From assembly GCA_964545145.1 (NCBI GenBank), contig CAZJFB010000001.1, positions 27,616 to 91,615 of the forward strand: a stretch of DNA of 64,000 nucleotides, in the 5' to 3' direction. Numbering within the stretch: position 1 is the first letter of the stretch; every line of letters begins with the position of its first letter. The DNA comes from an uncultured Chloracidobacterium sp. (lineage in GTDB: Bacteria > Acidobacteriota > Blastocatellia > Pyrinomonadales > Pyrinomonadaceae). The translations under genes and the position numbers were made by a program. The notes under the pieces are model-generated. The model ran no database searches, was not told where the DNA came from, and worked only from the letters and a program-made list of their open reading frames with translations. Shown piece after piece: positions 18,510-28,296 of the stretch.

Positions 18510-21500
18510 TTAGACTCTTGCCTCGACGGTAGCTTTGCGTTCGAGCTTGCCCCAGCCGACGACGGCTCCGCGAATAGCGGTATAAACGGACTTGACCATC
18601 ACCCAGTACATCACCTGACGATAACCGAACCTTTGGATCAGGAGCCAGCCAAGAAGTAGCTTCTGCTCGCCCTTTTCCATCAGGAATGCGGCAAATGCAC
18701 CGAACCAATCGACCGCCAGGAAGAGTGCGTAATAAAAGAGCACTTCGTTCAGGTTGGTCGGCGTGTGAGCGTATTCCTGCTGGTGCGACAGCGCGCTCAG
18801 TGCAGCGGCGACCATCGTCCAAACGAACATCAGGTCCATGATCGGCGAGATCAGCGGGAAGAGCACTTGAAAGATCCAGATGTTCGGCATCGCAATGAAG
18901 CCGAGTGTGCCATACTTCGGATTAAGCAGCGCGTCCTTGTGCTTCCACATGCACTGCAGCGTGCCGTAAGACCAGCGGAAACGCTGCTTGGCGAGATTTC
19001 GCAGACTGTCCGGAGCTTCGGTCAAGCCGATCGCAGCCTCCTCGTAGCCGATCTTATAGCCGAGCTTTCGCACTTGAATGGTCAGGTCCTGGTCCTCTGC
19101 CAACGTGTCGGACGAGAAGCCGCCAGTTTCCTCGAGCACCGAACGCCGCCATGCGCCCACTGAACCCGGGACGACCGTAATACAATTGAGAGACGAGAAT
19201 GCACGCCGGTCAAAGTTCTGTGAGGTCACGTATTCCAGTGCCTGCCATTTCGTGACAACGTTGATGCGATTGCCGACCTTGGCATTGCCGGCAACGGCGC
19301 CGATCCGTTCATCGGCAAAACGGTGCACCAGAGCCGCGAGTGTATGCGGCTCAAATATCGTATCCGCATCAAGAGCGACGACGATATCACCCTGAGCTTT
19401 GCGCCAGCCGAAGTTCAGCGCCTCGGCCTTGCCGCCATTCTCTTTCGTATAGATCGAAACCTTCTCGTTGTCGGCATAGCCGGTCCGTGCGACCTCAAAC
19501 GTATCGTCTGTCGAACCATCATCAACAACTATGACCTCAAAATTCGGATGATCGGACGCCAGCAGGCTGTCGATAGTTCGGGAAATAACCTTACCCTCGT
19601 TAAAGGCAGGCACTACGACTGAGACGAACGGTTGATACTGCTCGCCAAAATGTGTCACCTCACGCCGACGCGATCTTAGGAATTGAGCAAACGCAAGAAC
19701 ACCGATGAAGATCATGCGGCCGAGGCCAAGGATGATGCCGATCAGAAAGATCCAGCGCATCAGCCAGCCGCCGATCGAAATGCCGTAAAATACATACGCA
19801 TCTGCTTTGGCATAGAATGTCTGATCTTCTGGTACGAGCGGCATCGCCTCGTCGCGCGTGATGCTTGCGAGATCTGCAACCGTCGTAAATTCGTAACCGC
19901 GGTCTTTTAGTTCGTGAATGATCTTGGGCAGAGCATCGACGGTTGCGCTGCGGTCGCCCCCGCTGTCATGCATGAGAACAATATTGCCGCGCTCTTCAGG
20001 AGTTGTGATCGCGACCTGTTTCAATATCTCGCCCACCATTTGGTCAGCCGTATGCGGCGAACCATCGTCATTTCTAAGCTTCCAATCGTCCGGATCCAGG
20101 TGAAGCCCGACCGATATATAGCCGAGATCTTGGGCCTGCACGGTGGGATCGACCTCGTCGGGCGTTCTCGGCTCGGCGTCACCAAAGTATGGTGCGCGAA
20201 ATAGCCTCGTCGAGCGTCCTGTTAGTGACTCGATCAATCGCTGGGTCGCGTTCAGTTCGACATCAGTCACCTGACGCGGCACCTCGCCCAGGTTCGGGTG
20301 AGTGAACGAGTGGTTGCCGATCTCATGCCCCTCGGCAACGATACGCTTTACAAGCTCCGGATTGGCCTGTCCATTTTGCCCGACGATAAAAAATGTCCCG
20401 GGCACACCTTCCTGCTTGAGGATATCCAACACCTTCGGAGTCCAAACCGGGTCCGGGCCATCATCGAATGTAAGCACGATCTTGCCGACTTTATCGCCGG
20501 TTCGCTGAATTACATATGATGACGGGATCTGACGATAAACTTCGCTTCCGACCCTGCCATCGGTTCCTACTGTGAGGTCACGATCGCCATCCTGAGGTTG
20601 TGCGATGACCTGGAGGATCTCTCCTGTCCCGCGAAAGTCGACATTGTAGCCGTATTTGATCGCTTGAAGATCGGCGACGGTTGAACCGGCATTAGCACCA
20701 AATATCTTCCATATCGATGGGTCTTCGCTCCCAAGGCGCCATAGGGCAAATCCGGCAGGCCTGTAATCCCGCGAGCTTTCGATCTCGTTAAAGGCAGTCG
20801 CCGCATCTAGGAACCAGACCGTATGCTCCTTTCCATCATCCTCTGTATAACGGAAATATGGATTCTTCGAAGACGGATCGAATTTGATACTGTCGGGCCC
20901 ATCTAAAGATTCCTTCGCACTCAGCAACGCTTCCTGGAACGAGACCGTCTCAGCCTCGGCCTTGTCGCCCGGCCAGTTATAACCATAGCTGCCGATACAG
21001 ACAATGGTCTTATCGGGCGAGAGTTCACTCATCCTCTTCTTCAGAAGAGACTCGAACCAATCCTGTCCAGCGACCGGGCCGGCCTCGCCGGTGGACCAAT
21101 GCTGGTCATAAGCCATCAGCATCATGTAATCCGTGACGCTTGCATACGATCTGTAATTCCAGTCCGGATTATCAAAAGGCACTGCCTGGGCAAGGATCAG
21201 TCCGCGTTGGCGAAACTCTCCACGCAGTTCGGTCATGAACATGAATAGATCGGGCTGTGAGGCCGAAGGGATCTCTTCAAGATCGATCGTAACGCCACCG
21301 AACTTATATTTATCGACCGCCGCAAGTATCGCCGAGGTCAGCTTTTTGCGCGCCGCTTCATTCGAGATCGACCTAACAAGGATGTCCGAATTCCATTGTT
21401 CGTTCTTGTAATTCTGGATAAGCGGTAAGACCGGCATGTCCGGGCGTTCGGCCTTTATCAACTCTATAGCCGGCTCGCTGATGTCAAAGACAAGTGGGTC

Positions 21501-22010
21501 TTTTGGGTCGCCGGACAGCCGTATCCATTCAGGAACGACCCAGTCGAGGTTGTTGATATTTTGCCTTAGTGAAGCGAGGCTCGAATCGTCCCAATTTACA
21601 AAAAAGCCTATTGACAATGGCCTGCCGTCGTGCGGTCTTTTCACATCGGCTGCGTGACGTCCCGCCCGGGCAAGCTCAACGGCGGCGATCCGCTCGAGCT
21701 TTTTATCTTCCCTGCGTTTTTTCTCCAGTTTGGCGGCGTCACCAATACGCCGAGCGACGGCCTCACGTTTCGTGACCGGCAACTCAGGAGCATGTGGGAG
21801 AATGTCTGACTGCTGCGGCAGTGTTGCGACCGGCTTCAGCTTGATCTTAGGAAGAAATGGATTGATAAGTACGCTGACGATAAAGACAGCGAGAAACACC
21901 GTTACAAGTCCACCGACGATCAGTCCGGAGTAATGGAGAAATCTGCTGCGGCGGCCCTTTTCATCACTGAATACTGGTTTGGGCTCGTCATCAATGCCAT
22001 ATCTACTCAT
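18510..22010 (-). CDS. multidomain membrane protein: GH18-like domain + CE4 (NodB) polysaccharide deacetylase + GT2 processive synthase
   Basis: N-terminal TM segment. GH18-like region with GGVTIDLEE (DxE). NodB block LTFDDGPDPVWTPKVLDILKQEGVPGTFFIVGQN...HSFTHP. GT2 region with VSVVVPAFNE, DDGSTDDT, ALDADT and QRFRWSYG, plus C-terminal TM helices. Confidence 0.85.
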   Translation of the reverse strand: MSRYGIDDEPKPVFSDEKGRRSRFLHYSGLIVGGLVTVFLAVFIVSVLINPFLPKIKLKPVATLPQQSDILPHAPELPVTKREAVARRIGDAAKLEKKRREDKKLERIAAVELARAGRHAADVKRPHDGRPLSIGFFVNWDDSSLASLRQNINNLDWVVPEWIRLSGDPKDPLVFDISEPAIELIKAERPDMPVLPLIQNYKNEQWNSDILVRSISNEAARKKLTSAILAAVDKYKFGGVTIDLEEIPSASQPDLFMFMTELRGEFRQRGLILAQAVPFDNPDWNYRSYASVTDYMMLMAYDQHWSTGEAGPVAGQDWFESLLKKRMSELSPDKTIVCIGSYGYNWPGDKAEAETVSFQEALLSAKESLDGPDSIKFDPSSKNPYFRYTEDDGKEHTVWFLDAATAFNEIESSRDYRPAGFALWRLGSEDPSIWKIFGANAGSTVADLQAIKYGYNVDFRGTGEILQVIAQPQDGDRDLTVGTDGRVGSEVYRQIPSSYVIQRTGDKVGKIVLTFDDGPDPVWTPKVLDILKQEGVPGTFFIVGQNGQANPELVKRIVAEGHEIGNHSFTHPNLGEVPRQVTDVELNATQRLIESLTGRSTRLFRAPYFGDAEPRTPDEVDPTVQAQDLGYISVGLHLDPDDWKLRNDDGSPHTADQMVGEILKQVAITTPEERGNIVLMHDSGGDRSATVDALPKIIHELKDRGYEFTTVADLASITRDEAMPLVPEDQTFYAKADAYVFYGISIGGWLMRWIFLIGIILGLGRMIFIGVLAFAQFLRSRRREVTHFGEQYQPFVSVVVPAFNEGKVISRTIDSLLASDHPNFEVIVVDDGSTDDTFEVARTGYADNEKVSIYTKENGGKAEALNFGWRKAQGDIVVALDADTIFEPHTLAALVHRFADERIGAVAGNAKVGNRINVVTKWQALEYVTSQNFDRRAFSSLNCITVVPGSVGAWRRSVLEETGGFSSDTLAEDQDLTIQVRKLGYKIGYEEAAIGLTEAPDSLRNLAKQRFRWSYGTLQCMWKHKDALLNPKYGTLGFIAMPNIWIFQVLFPLISPIMDLMFVWTMVAAALSALSHQQEYAHTPTNLNEVLFYYALFLAVDWFGAFAAFLMEKGEQKLLLGWLLIQRFGYRQVMYWVMVKSVYTAIRGAVVGWGKLERKATVEARV

Positions 22011-22248
22011 AAATTGCCCTAATAACTATTTGAGACTCTACTTCAGCAAGCGGCCTGACAATATGCGATTTAGATGTGGCTAGATCCTACCGCGTTTCCA
22101 GCGGTCGCGTACAAAGAAATGTCTGGACTCAGTACCATTTTTTTGATAGATTTCATCTGCGCTGTTTACTTAGTATTCAATTGTTTTCGATTTTCCGTCT
22201 TAGATTTGAAACCCTTGGCGGATTGGTCGTTTTCTTCGCTACCGTTCG

Positions 22249-25200
22249 ATGAGAAAAGATCAGCAACTCCACAGTGGTTCGTCCGCGCGCTCAGGGCATG
22301 CAGCTGCCGCCCGCGCCATCTCTCACGATGCTATCGACGGGATCTTCTCGAAGGTTGGGCAAAAGCTTCGCGAGGGTCATTCCGCTGAGGCAGAACGCAT
22401 CCTTGTTCGTACTATCGAGGGGTATGACCATTCGCCGACAGATCTCGCGAACCTCAAGCGATTGTTGTCCTTCACGCTCGAAACTGCCGGTCGATATAAG
22501 GAGTCTCTAGAAACGATACGGCCGTTTGCCGACGAAGAGAATATCTCCGTACTCGATGCCGAGACGCAGATAAAAGTCACAACGCAACTCGCAATCGCGT
22601 ATAACAACATTGGCGATCAGCCTAAGGCGATCACGCTGCTAAAGGAAACCCTCGAAAAGGCCGAGGCGAGCGAACTTCGACATACCTTCGGCAACATCGA
22701 GATCGCACTTGCCAGGGTGTATCGCAAACTCGCCGAGTTTCCGATATGCCGCGATCACGCACAAAAGGCTCTTGAACATTTTCGCGAGACCGGCAATTGG
22801 CTTGGCATGGCCGAGTCTTATCGCGAGATCGCAAATAGCTATCACCAGGAAGGGAATAGCGAGCGGTCGATCGAAAATTTTGAGCTTGGCATCAATATCA
22901 TAGGTGAGAATTCAGCTCCGTTCATGCTTGGCAAACTTTACACCGACATGTCGGGAGCATATTGGTTTCTCCGGCGACCGCAGGACGGGATCGCCTGCCT
23001 CGAGAAATCGATCGAGTTTTTTGATCAGACCGAACACGCTCTAAATTCCGTCATCGCTTATAACAACCTCGGGATCAATCTTGTACTTATCGGCGAATGG
23101 GACAAGGCCGAGCAAATGATCCAGCGTGCCCTCGAGATAGGGCTAAAAGAAAAATACGTTCATGTCGCCGGTATTTACGATTCGCTGGGGGAACTCAAGA
23201 TACTCCGGGGCGAGCTTGCAGAAGCCGAGACGCTGCTCAACAAAGCAGTCGATTTTGCCCGGCAGCACAAACATGCGTGGTACACGGTCCAGTCGATGCG
23301 AAATGTCGCGAGACTCTATCTGGCTCAGGGCCGATTTGGACCCGCCATCGAACAGGCCCGCGCGACGATAGACAAATGCCACGAGATCGGCGACAAGCAT
23401 TATGCAAATATGGCAGGGATCGTCCTTGCCGAAAGCTACCTGAGCCAGGGTGGCATTGAGGAGTGCGAGAACACACTCGAAGTCATCGAAGAAACCGACC
23501 CTTCAGCAGACTTTTTTATCTTGGGAAACATTCAGCGCATTCGCGGGCTGATCGCCCTTGAAAACAACGACACCGAACTTGCGATACATCATTTCAGCCG
23601 AGCGCTAACAATATTCGAGGCTGCCGAGGACATTTATCACACTGGCCTTGTTCATCACTTGCTTGGTGCAAATCTGGACGGCCGAGATGCAGCACGCGCA
23701 AAACGCCATCTTGCATCGGCCGCAGATATCTTCAAGAAGCTTAGGCTTTCTGAACATTCAAAGCAGGTCAACAAGGAACTCGAGCGTCTCGAGACCATAG
23801 GCGCTCCCAAGCGTTCAAATCCTAACGAAAAGCGAGTGAACTCGGTCGTATCTCAACTGCTTACCGTCCGCCTGGCTGAGGCGACCGCGTCACGAGAGCT
23901 TCTCTTCCGCGAACTTGTTGCGGTCCTGCAGCAAGAGAGTAACGCTAAAAAGATCGTGATTGCTCAGTACAATGAGCAGAAACGTCTTTATCCATTTATT
24001 ACGCACGGGTACTCGCCGCCAGAGAGTAATGACCTGTCTGTCAGACTGAACAATGCGATCGCTAAGAATGAGGAAAAGGAATTCGCCCGCGCTAAGAATA
24101 TCGCGGTGTTTCACCTTCGCGGTTCTGCAGCCCAGCCTGCGGTTCTTGTGATCAGCCCGCAATCGGGGGCGGTACTCTCAGACGACACGTCGCTCGCCCC
24201 ATTGCTGCGGGTGGTAGAACTCGGTATGGATGTCATTGCTCTGCGTGAGCGGGACAAGTCACAGCCGACCGAGACCGATTCGTCACCTTACACCTCGAAT
24301 AGCTTGATGCCCGGCTTTATTCACTCGTCGCCGGCTATGACCGCCCTCGTCGAAGAGGTTTACAAGATCCGATCGTCCGATGTGACCGTGCTTGTGACCG
24401 GTGAATCCGGGACCGGTAAAGAGCTCGTGTCACGAGCGATCCACACGCTATCAAACCGAAAGGACAAGATCTTTGTCCCGTTCAACTGCACCGCCGTTCC
24501 AAAGGAACTTGCCGAAGGGCATCTCTTCGGCTACAAGAAAGGTGCTTTTACCGGTGCTGTCGCTGATTCACCCGGGACGATCCGGACTGCTGACGGAGGC
24601 ACTTTGTTTTTAGACGAGGTCGGCGACCTGCCGATCGACGTCCAGCCAAAACTTCTGCGGTTCCTGCAAGAGGGCGAGATCCAGCCGCTGGGCGAAAAAA
24701 AGCCGATCAAGGTAGATGTACGCATTATCGCCGCAACAAACATGCCGCTCGAGGAAAAGGTTGCGGACGGATCGTTTCGCGAGGACCTCTATTATCGGCT
24801 TAACGTTATTCGACTCCGCGTTCCGCCGCTCCGTGAAAGGCGCGCCGAGATCCCACCGATGGTCAACTACTATGTCAATCACTATTCCGCCCGGTTTGGA
24901 AAGCATGATGTCACGTTCACACCGCAGACGATAGATATGCTGATGGTCTGTAATTGGGAAGGGAATGTCCGCCAGCTATGTAATGAGATCCAGCGAATTG
25001 TCGCCCGTGCCGTCGATGGCGAGGTCGTCACGCCCGACCACTTATCCCCTGAGCTAAAGCGGAGCGCCAAGCCGCTTACGCCGTTTGATATCAGCTCAAA
25101 TGTAAAACCTATAGCCAGCTACGACGGGACCTTCTCGCCCTTTACTAGTATTTCGGCGGGCGGCACGCTTGAGGAAGCAGTATCTGAACTCGAGATGCAG

Positions 25201-25323
25201 CTCATCCGTTCAGCTCTCTCTCGCCACAACTGGAACATCTCACGAGTTGCGAGCGAACTTGGCCTAACCCGCCGCGGGCTATATCTGAAATTGTCGAGAT
25301 ATGGGATAGAAAAAGCTGCATGA
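22249..25323 (+). CDS. sigma-54-dependent transcriptional activator with long N-terminal TPR region
   Basis: About 500 aa of TPR-like repeats. AAA+ sigma54-interaction domain (VLVTGESGTGKELVSRAIH, GAFTGA, LFLDEVGD). C-terminal Fis-type HTH (NISRVASELGLTRRGLYLKL). The exact start is uncertain. Confidence 0.9.
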   Translation: MRKDQQLHSGSSARSGHAAAARAISHDAIDGIFSKVGQKLREGHSAEAERILVRTIEGYDHSPTDLANLKRLLSFTLETAGRYKESLETIRPFADEENISVLDAETQIKVTTQLAIAYNNIGDQPKAITLLKETLEKAEASELRHTFGNIEIALARVYRKLAEFPICRDHAQKALEHFRETGNWLGMAESYREIANSYHQEGNSERSIENFELGINIIGENSAPFMLGKLYTDMSGAYWFLRRPQDGIACLEKSIEFFDQTEHALNSVIAYNNLGINLVLIGEWDKAEQMIQRALEIGLKEKYVHVAGIYDSLGELKILRGELAEAETLLNKAVDFARQHKHAWYTVQSMRNVARLYLAQGRFGPAIEQARATIDKCHEIGDKHYANMAGIVLAESYLSQGGIEECENTLEVIEETDPSADFFILGNIQRIRGLIALENNDTELAIHHFSRALTIFEAAEDIYHTGLVHHLLGANLDGRDAARAKRHLASAADIFKKLRLSEHSKQVNKELERLETIGAPKRSNPNEKRVNSVVSQLLTVRLAEATASRELLFRELVAVLQQESNAKKIVIAQYNEQKRLYPFITHGYSPPESNDLSVRLNNAIAKNEEKEFARAKNIAVFHLRGSAAQPAVLVISPQSGAVLSDDTSLAPLLRVVELGMDVIALRERDKSQPTETDSSPYTSNSLMPGFIHSSPAMTALVEEVYKIRSSDVTVLVTGESGTGKELVSRAIHTLSNRKDKIFVPFNCTAVPKELAEGHLFGYKKGAFTGAVADSPGTIRTADGGTLFLDEVGDLPIDVQPKLLRFLQEGEIQPLGEKKPIKVDVRIIAATNMPLEEKVADGSFREDLYYRLNVIRLRVPPLRERRAEIPPMVNYYVNHYSARFGKHDVTFTPQTIDMLMVCNWEGNVRQLCNEIQRIVARAVDGEVVTPDHLSPELKRSAKPLTPFDISSNVKPIASYDGTFSPFTSISAGGTLEEAVSELEMQLIRSALSRHNWNISRVASELGLTRRGLYLKLSRYGIEKAA

Positions 25324-26493
25324 TCAACCCGCCATGCTTCTGAGCCGAGACACTATCGACGGTAAGACGCCCAGAACAGCATCGACCTCAGCTTCAGTAT
25401 TCATCCTGCCGAGTGAAAATCTGATCGAGCCCATCGCCCAGGAATACGGGACATTCATCGCCGCTAGTACTGCCGAGGCCCTGTGATCATGGGAGTTGCA
25501 CGCCGAGCCGGTCGAGACACAGATGCCAAGGTCATCCAACCGTGCGAGTATCATTTCACCGTTCGTATTTTCGAAACAGATACTGGATGTATTCGGAAGG
25601 CGCAGTTCCGGATCGGCGGTCCCGTTCAGCCGGGAATTTGGGATCCTATTCAGGATCTCTGTCTCAAGTCGATCGCGCATCTTCTGGACGCGTTCCATCG
25701 GCTCCATGTTGCTGACAAGGCCTGCTGCAGCTCCGAGACCGGCGATCTGATGGACCGCCTCCGTACCCGCCCGCCGTCCGCCCTCTTGTCCGCCACCGAT
25801 AGATAAAGACGGTAGTTTGACGCCGTTACGAATATACAGTGCACCTATGCCCTTCGGGGCGTGAAACTTGTGCCCCGATACCGAAAATAGATCTATTTCG
25901 GTTGTCTTAAGATCGATGGGGACTTTTCCGACCGCGTTGACGCCATCGACATGAAAAAGTGCGTTCGACCTTGCCTTAACGATCCGGCCGATCTCGTCTA
26001 CAGGAAAAAGGATGCCCGTCTCATTATTCGCGAGCATCACCGATACGACAGCAGTCTCATCGGAAAGGGCCGCTCGGAGAGAATCGAGGTCGAGCGAACC
26101 GTTCTCGTCAACGTCGAGCCACGTTATCGAGTAGCCGCCTACCTCGAGTTTCTCGCAGAGCTTTCTTACAGCCTCATGCTCAACACGTGTCGTGATCACC
26201 TCTCGCTTACCGGTCATCTCAAGTGCTCCCAAGATCGACCAGTTATCGCTCTCGGTCCCGCCCGAGGTAAACACGATCTCGTCTGGTGACGCCGCTCCCA
26301 AAAGCTCGGCCACTCGCTCGCGCGCAGCCTCAACGGCATGTTTCGCCTCCCTGCCGGGAAAATACGTCGATGACGGATTACCAAATCCATCGCTTAGAAA
26401 GCGACTCATCACCTCGAACACTTCCGGGGCCACTTGTGTGGTCGCATTATTGTCAAAATAGATCATTTCTCGTTGGTCGACCGGCGCCGTCAA
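25324..26493 (-). CDS. nifS: cysteine desulfurase (NifS/IscS family, class V aminotransferase)
   Basis: PLP-lysine block SGHKFHAPKGIGALY and catalytic-Cys loop STGSACNS. Its stop codon directly abuts the stop of the convergent activator gene (TGATCA at 25321-25326). Confidence 0.9.
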   Translation of the reverse strand: MTAPVDQREMIYFDNNATTQVAPEVFEVMSRFLSDGFGNPSSTYFPGREAKHAVEAARERVAELLGAASPDEIVFTSGGTESDNWSILGALEMTGKREVITTRVEHEAVRKLCEKLEVGGYSITWLDVDENGSLDLDSLRAALSDETAVVSVMLANNETGILFPVDEIGRIVKARSNALFHVDGVNAVGKVPIDLKTTEIDLFSVSGHKFHAPKGIGALYIRNGVKLPSLSIGGGQEGGRRAGTEAVHQIAGLGAAAGLVSNMEPMERVQKMRDRLETEILNRIPNSRLNGTADPELRLPNTSSICFENTNGEMILARLDDLGICVSTGSACNSHDHRASAVLAAMNVPYSWAMGSIRFSLGRMNTEAEVDAVLGVLPSIVSRLRSMAG

Positions 26494-26531
26494 TTTACCA
26501 TTTACGCTTAACCAATTACAATTACTCTACC

Positions 26532-28226
26532 TTGAGCGCGACCCTAAACATCACCGAACCGACTGGCCGAACATGGGAAGCCGTGCTGAAGCCGGGCCAC
26601 CCGACGTCTATCGGGCGGGCAAAGGACAACGATATTATCCTTAATGACCGCCGAGCGTCGCGCAAGCATGCCTTCATTTTTAGTGACAAAGGCGAATTCA
26701 AGATCGTCGACGGTTACATCGAGAACGGCCAGTTATTGCGCAGCGTGAATCATGTCTTTGTTAACGGAGCTATTAAGCTCGAAGCTTCACTCGTCGACGG
26801 CGACGTGATCACTATCGGCGAGAGCCGGCTTGAATTCAAGGCGGCGGCAGAGGTCCTGGCGACTCAGGTCAGCCTTGCCCCCTCAGCGCCAAAAACATTG
26901 GTACCTGACGGCGAGAGATCTCAAAGCGTGAAATTTGACGATTCTCCCCTGGGCCACACTCAGGTCCAGATCTCGGTCAACGAGATCATCGGCGGCAGTT
27001 CAAACCTATCGCTCGAATCCGCCACGGCGACGCCTGAAGAGATCAAGGACCTTCGCCGCAAGGCAAAGTTTCTTGACCTTCTTTTTGAAATGAGCAAGAC
27101 GCTCGGTACCGTCTTTGATCTCGAAGAAATATTTGAAAAGGCGACCGACCTGATATTTCGAGGAACACCGGCCGATCGTGTCATTGCCTTGCTCAAGGAC
27201 GAATCTGCCGACGATGAGTCGCTCTACCAGATCGGTGCGAAGACGCGTGAGGCAAGCTTTCAGAAACTGACCGAAACGCTGACGGTCAGCCGCACGATAA
27301 CACGCCGCGTTATGACAGACGGTGTGGCGATATTGTCTCAGGACGCAAAGACCGATGAGCAGTTTCAGGGAGCCGAGTCGATCGTCTCGCAGGGCGTTCG
27401 GTCGACGATCTGTGCACCGCTCATTACGCAATCCGGCGTTCACGGCGTCCTGTATGCCGACCGGCTTGACCCATTTGCCGCGTTTCGCCATGACCATCTC
27501 GAACTGATCTCGGCTGTGGCGGCGCAGGCCGCCGTAACGGTCGAGACAGTCAAGGCTCACCAGCGGCTCGCCCGCGAAGAGGTCGCTCGTGCCAACTACA
27601 GCCGGTTCATGCCTGAGTATGTTGTGCAGCAGCTCCTTGAAAATCCCGACTCATTCCGTCTGGGCGGAGCAAATCAGATAATTACTGTCCTATTCGCTGA
27701 CATCCGAGGTTTCACTGCGATCTCTGAGAATGAGAATCCTGAAACCGTCGTCGGCCTGCTCAACCAATACTTCACCGCAATGTCCGAGATCATATTCGAG
27801 CACGGCGGAACGCTTGATAAATATATTGGCGACGGCCTCATGGCGCTCTTTGGTGCTCCGACCGCCACACCTGAAGACGCCCGAAACGCCCTAAACGCAG
27901 CGGTAGCGATGCAGAACAGGCTTCTGAGCCTCAAACACGAGCTCGGCGATCAGGGTTTTGCAGACATTGCCGTTGGCATCGGCCTGCACACAGGCGTTGC
28001 GACGATCGGCTATATAGGATCTGAACGACGCTCCGAGTATACGGCTATCGGCGACACAGTCAATCTTGCGTCGCGTCTCGAGTCAAACACGGTCGGCGGC
28101 CAGATCCTCATCAGCGAGGCAACCGCCAGGGCTGCCGGCGACATCTTTCCCTTGGTTAAGCGCGAACCGCTGACCGTCAAGAACCGAAAACAGCCGGTCG
28201 AGCTTTTCGAAGTAAAATGGAACTGA
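26532..28226 (+). CDS. FHA-GAF-class III adenylate/guanylate cyclase
   Basis: FHA domain (SIGRAKDNDIILNDRRASRKHAFI), central GAF-like region, and cyclase homology domain (ITVLFADIRGFT...GDGLMALFGAP...GDTVNLASRLE). ORF 26286..28226 overlaps nifS, so I start it at the in-frame TTG at 26532. The start is uncertain. Confidence 0.85.
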   Translation: MSATLNITEPTGRTWEAVLKPGHPTSIGRAKDNDIILNDRRASRKHAFIFSDKGEFKIVDGYIENGQLLRSVNHVFVNGAIKLEASLVDGDVITIGESRLEFKAAAEVLATQVSLAPSAPKTLVPDGERSQSVKFDDSPLGHTQVQISVNEIIGGSSNLSLESATATPEEIKDLRRKAKFLDLLFEMSKTLGTVFDLEEIFEKATDLIFRGTPADRVIALLKDESADDESLYQIGAKTREASFQKLTETLTVSRTITRRVMTDGVAILSQDAKTDEQFQGAESIVSQGVRSTICAPLITQSGVHGVLYADRLDPFAAFRHDHLELISAVAAQAAVTVETVKAHQRLAREEVARANYSRFMPEYVVQQLLENPDSFRLGGANQIITVLFADIRGFTAISENENPETVVGLLNQYFTAMSEIIFEHGGTLDKYIGDGLMALFGAPTATPEDARNALNAAVAMQNRLLSLKHELGDQGFADIAVGIGLHTGVATIGYIGSERRSEYTAIGDTVNLASRLESNTVGGQILISEATARAAGDIFPLVKREPLTVKNRKQPVELFEVKWN

Positions 28227-28296
28227 GCCGAATTGGAAGGATATCCGAAATAGGCATATAATTCTTTAATTCCTAAAGCCTCGAGAGATTTGTCTT

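Noticed and set aside
26286-26531. Upstream extension of the FHA-GAF-cyclase ORF
   Set aside because: It would overlap the nifS coding region by about 200 nt on the opposite strand. The translated extension is Pro/Arg-rich with no domain. The in-frame TTG at 26532, just before the FHA domain, is more plausible, though the true start remains uncertain.
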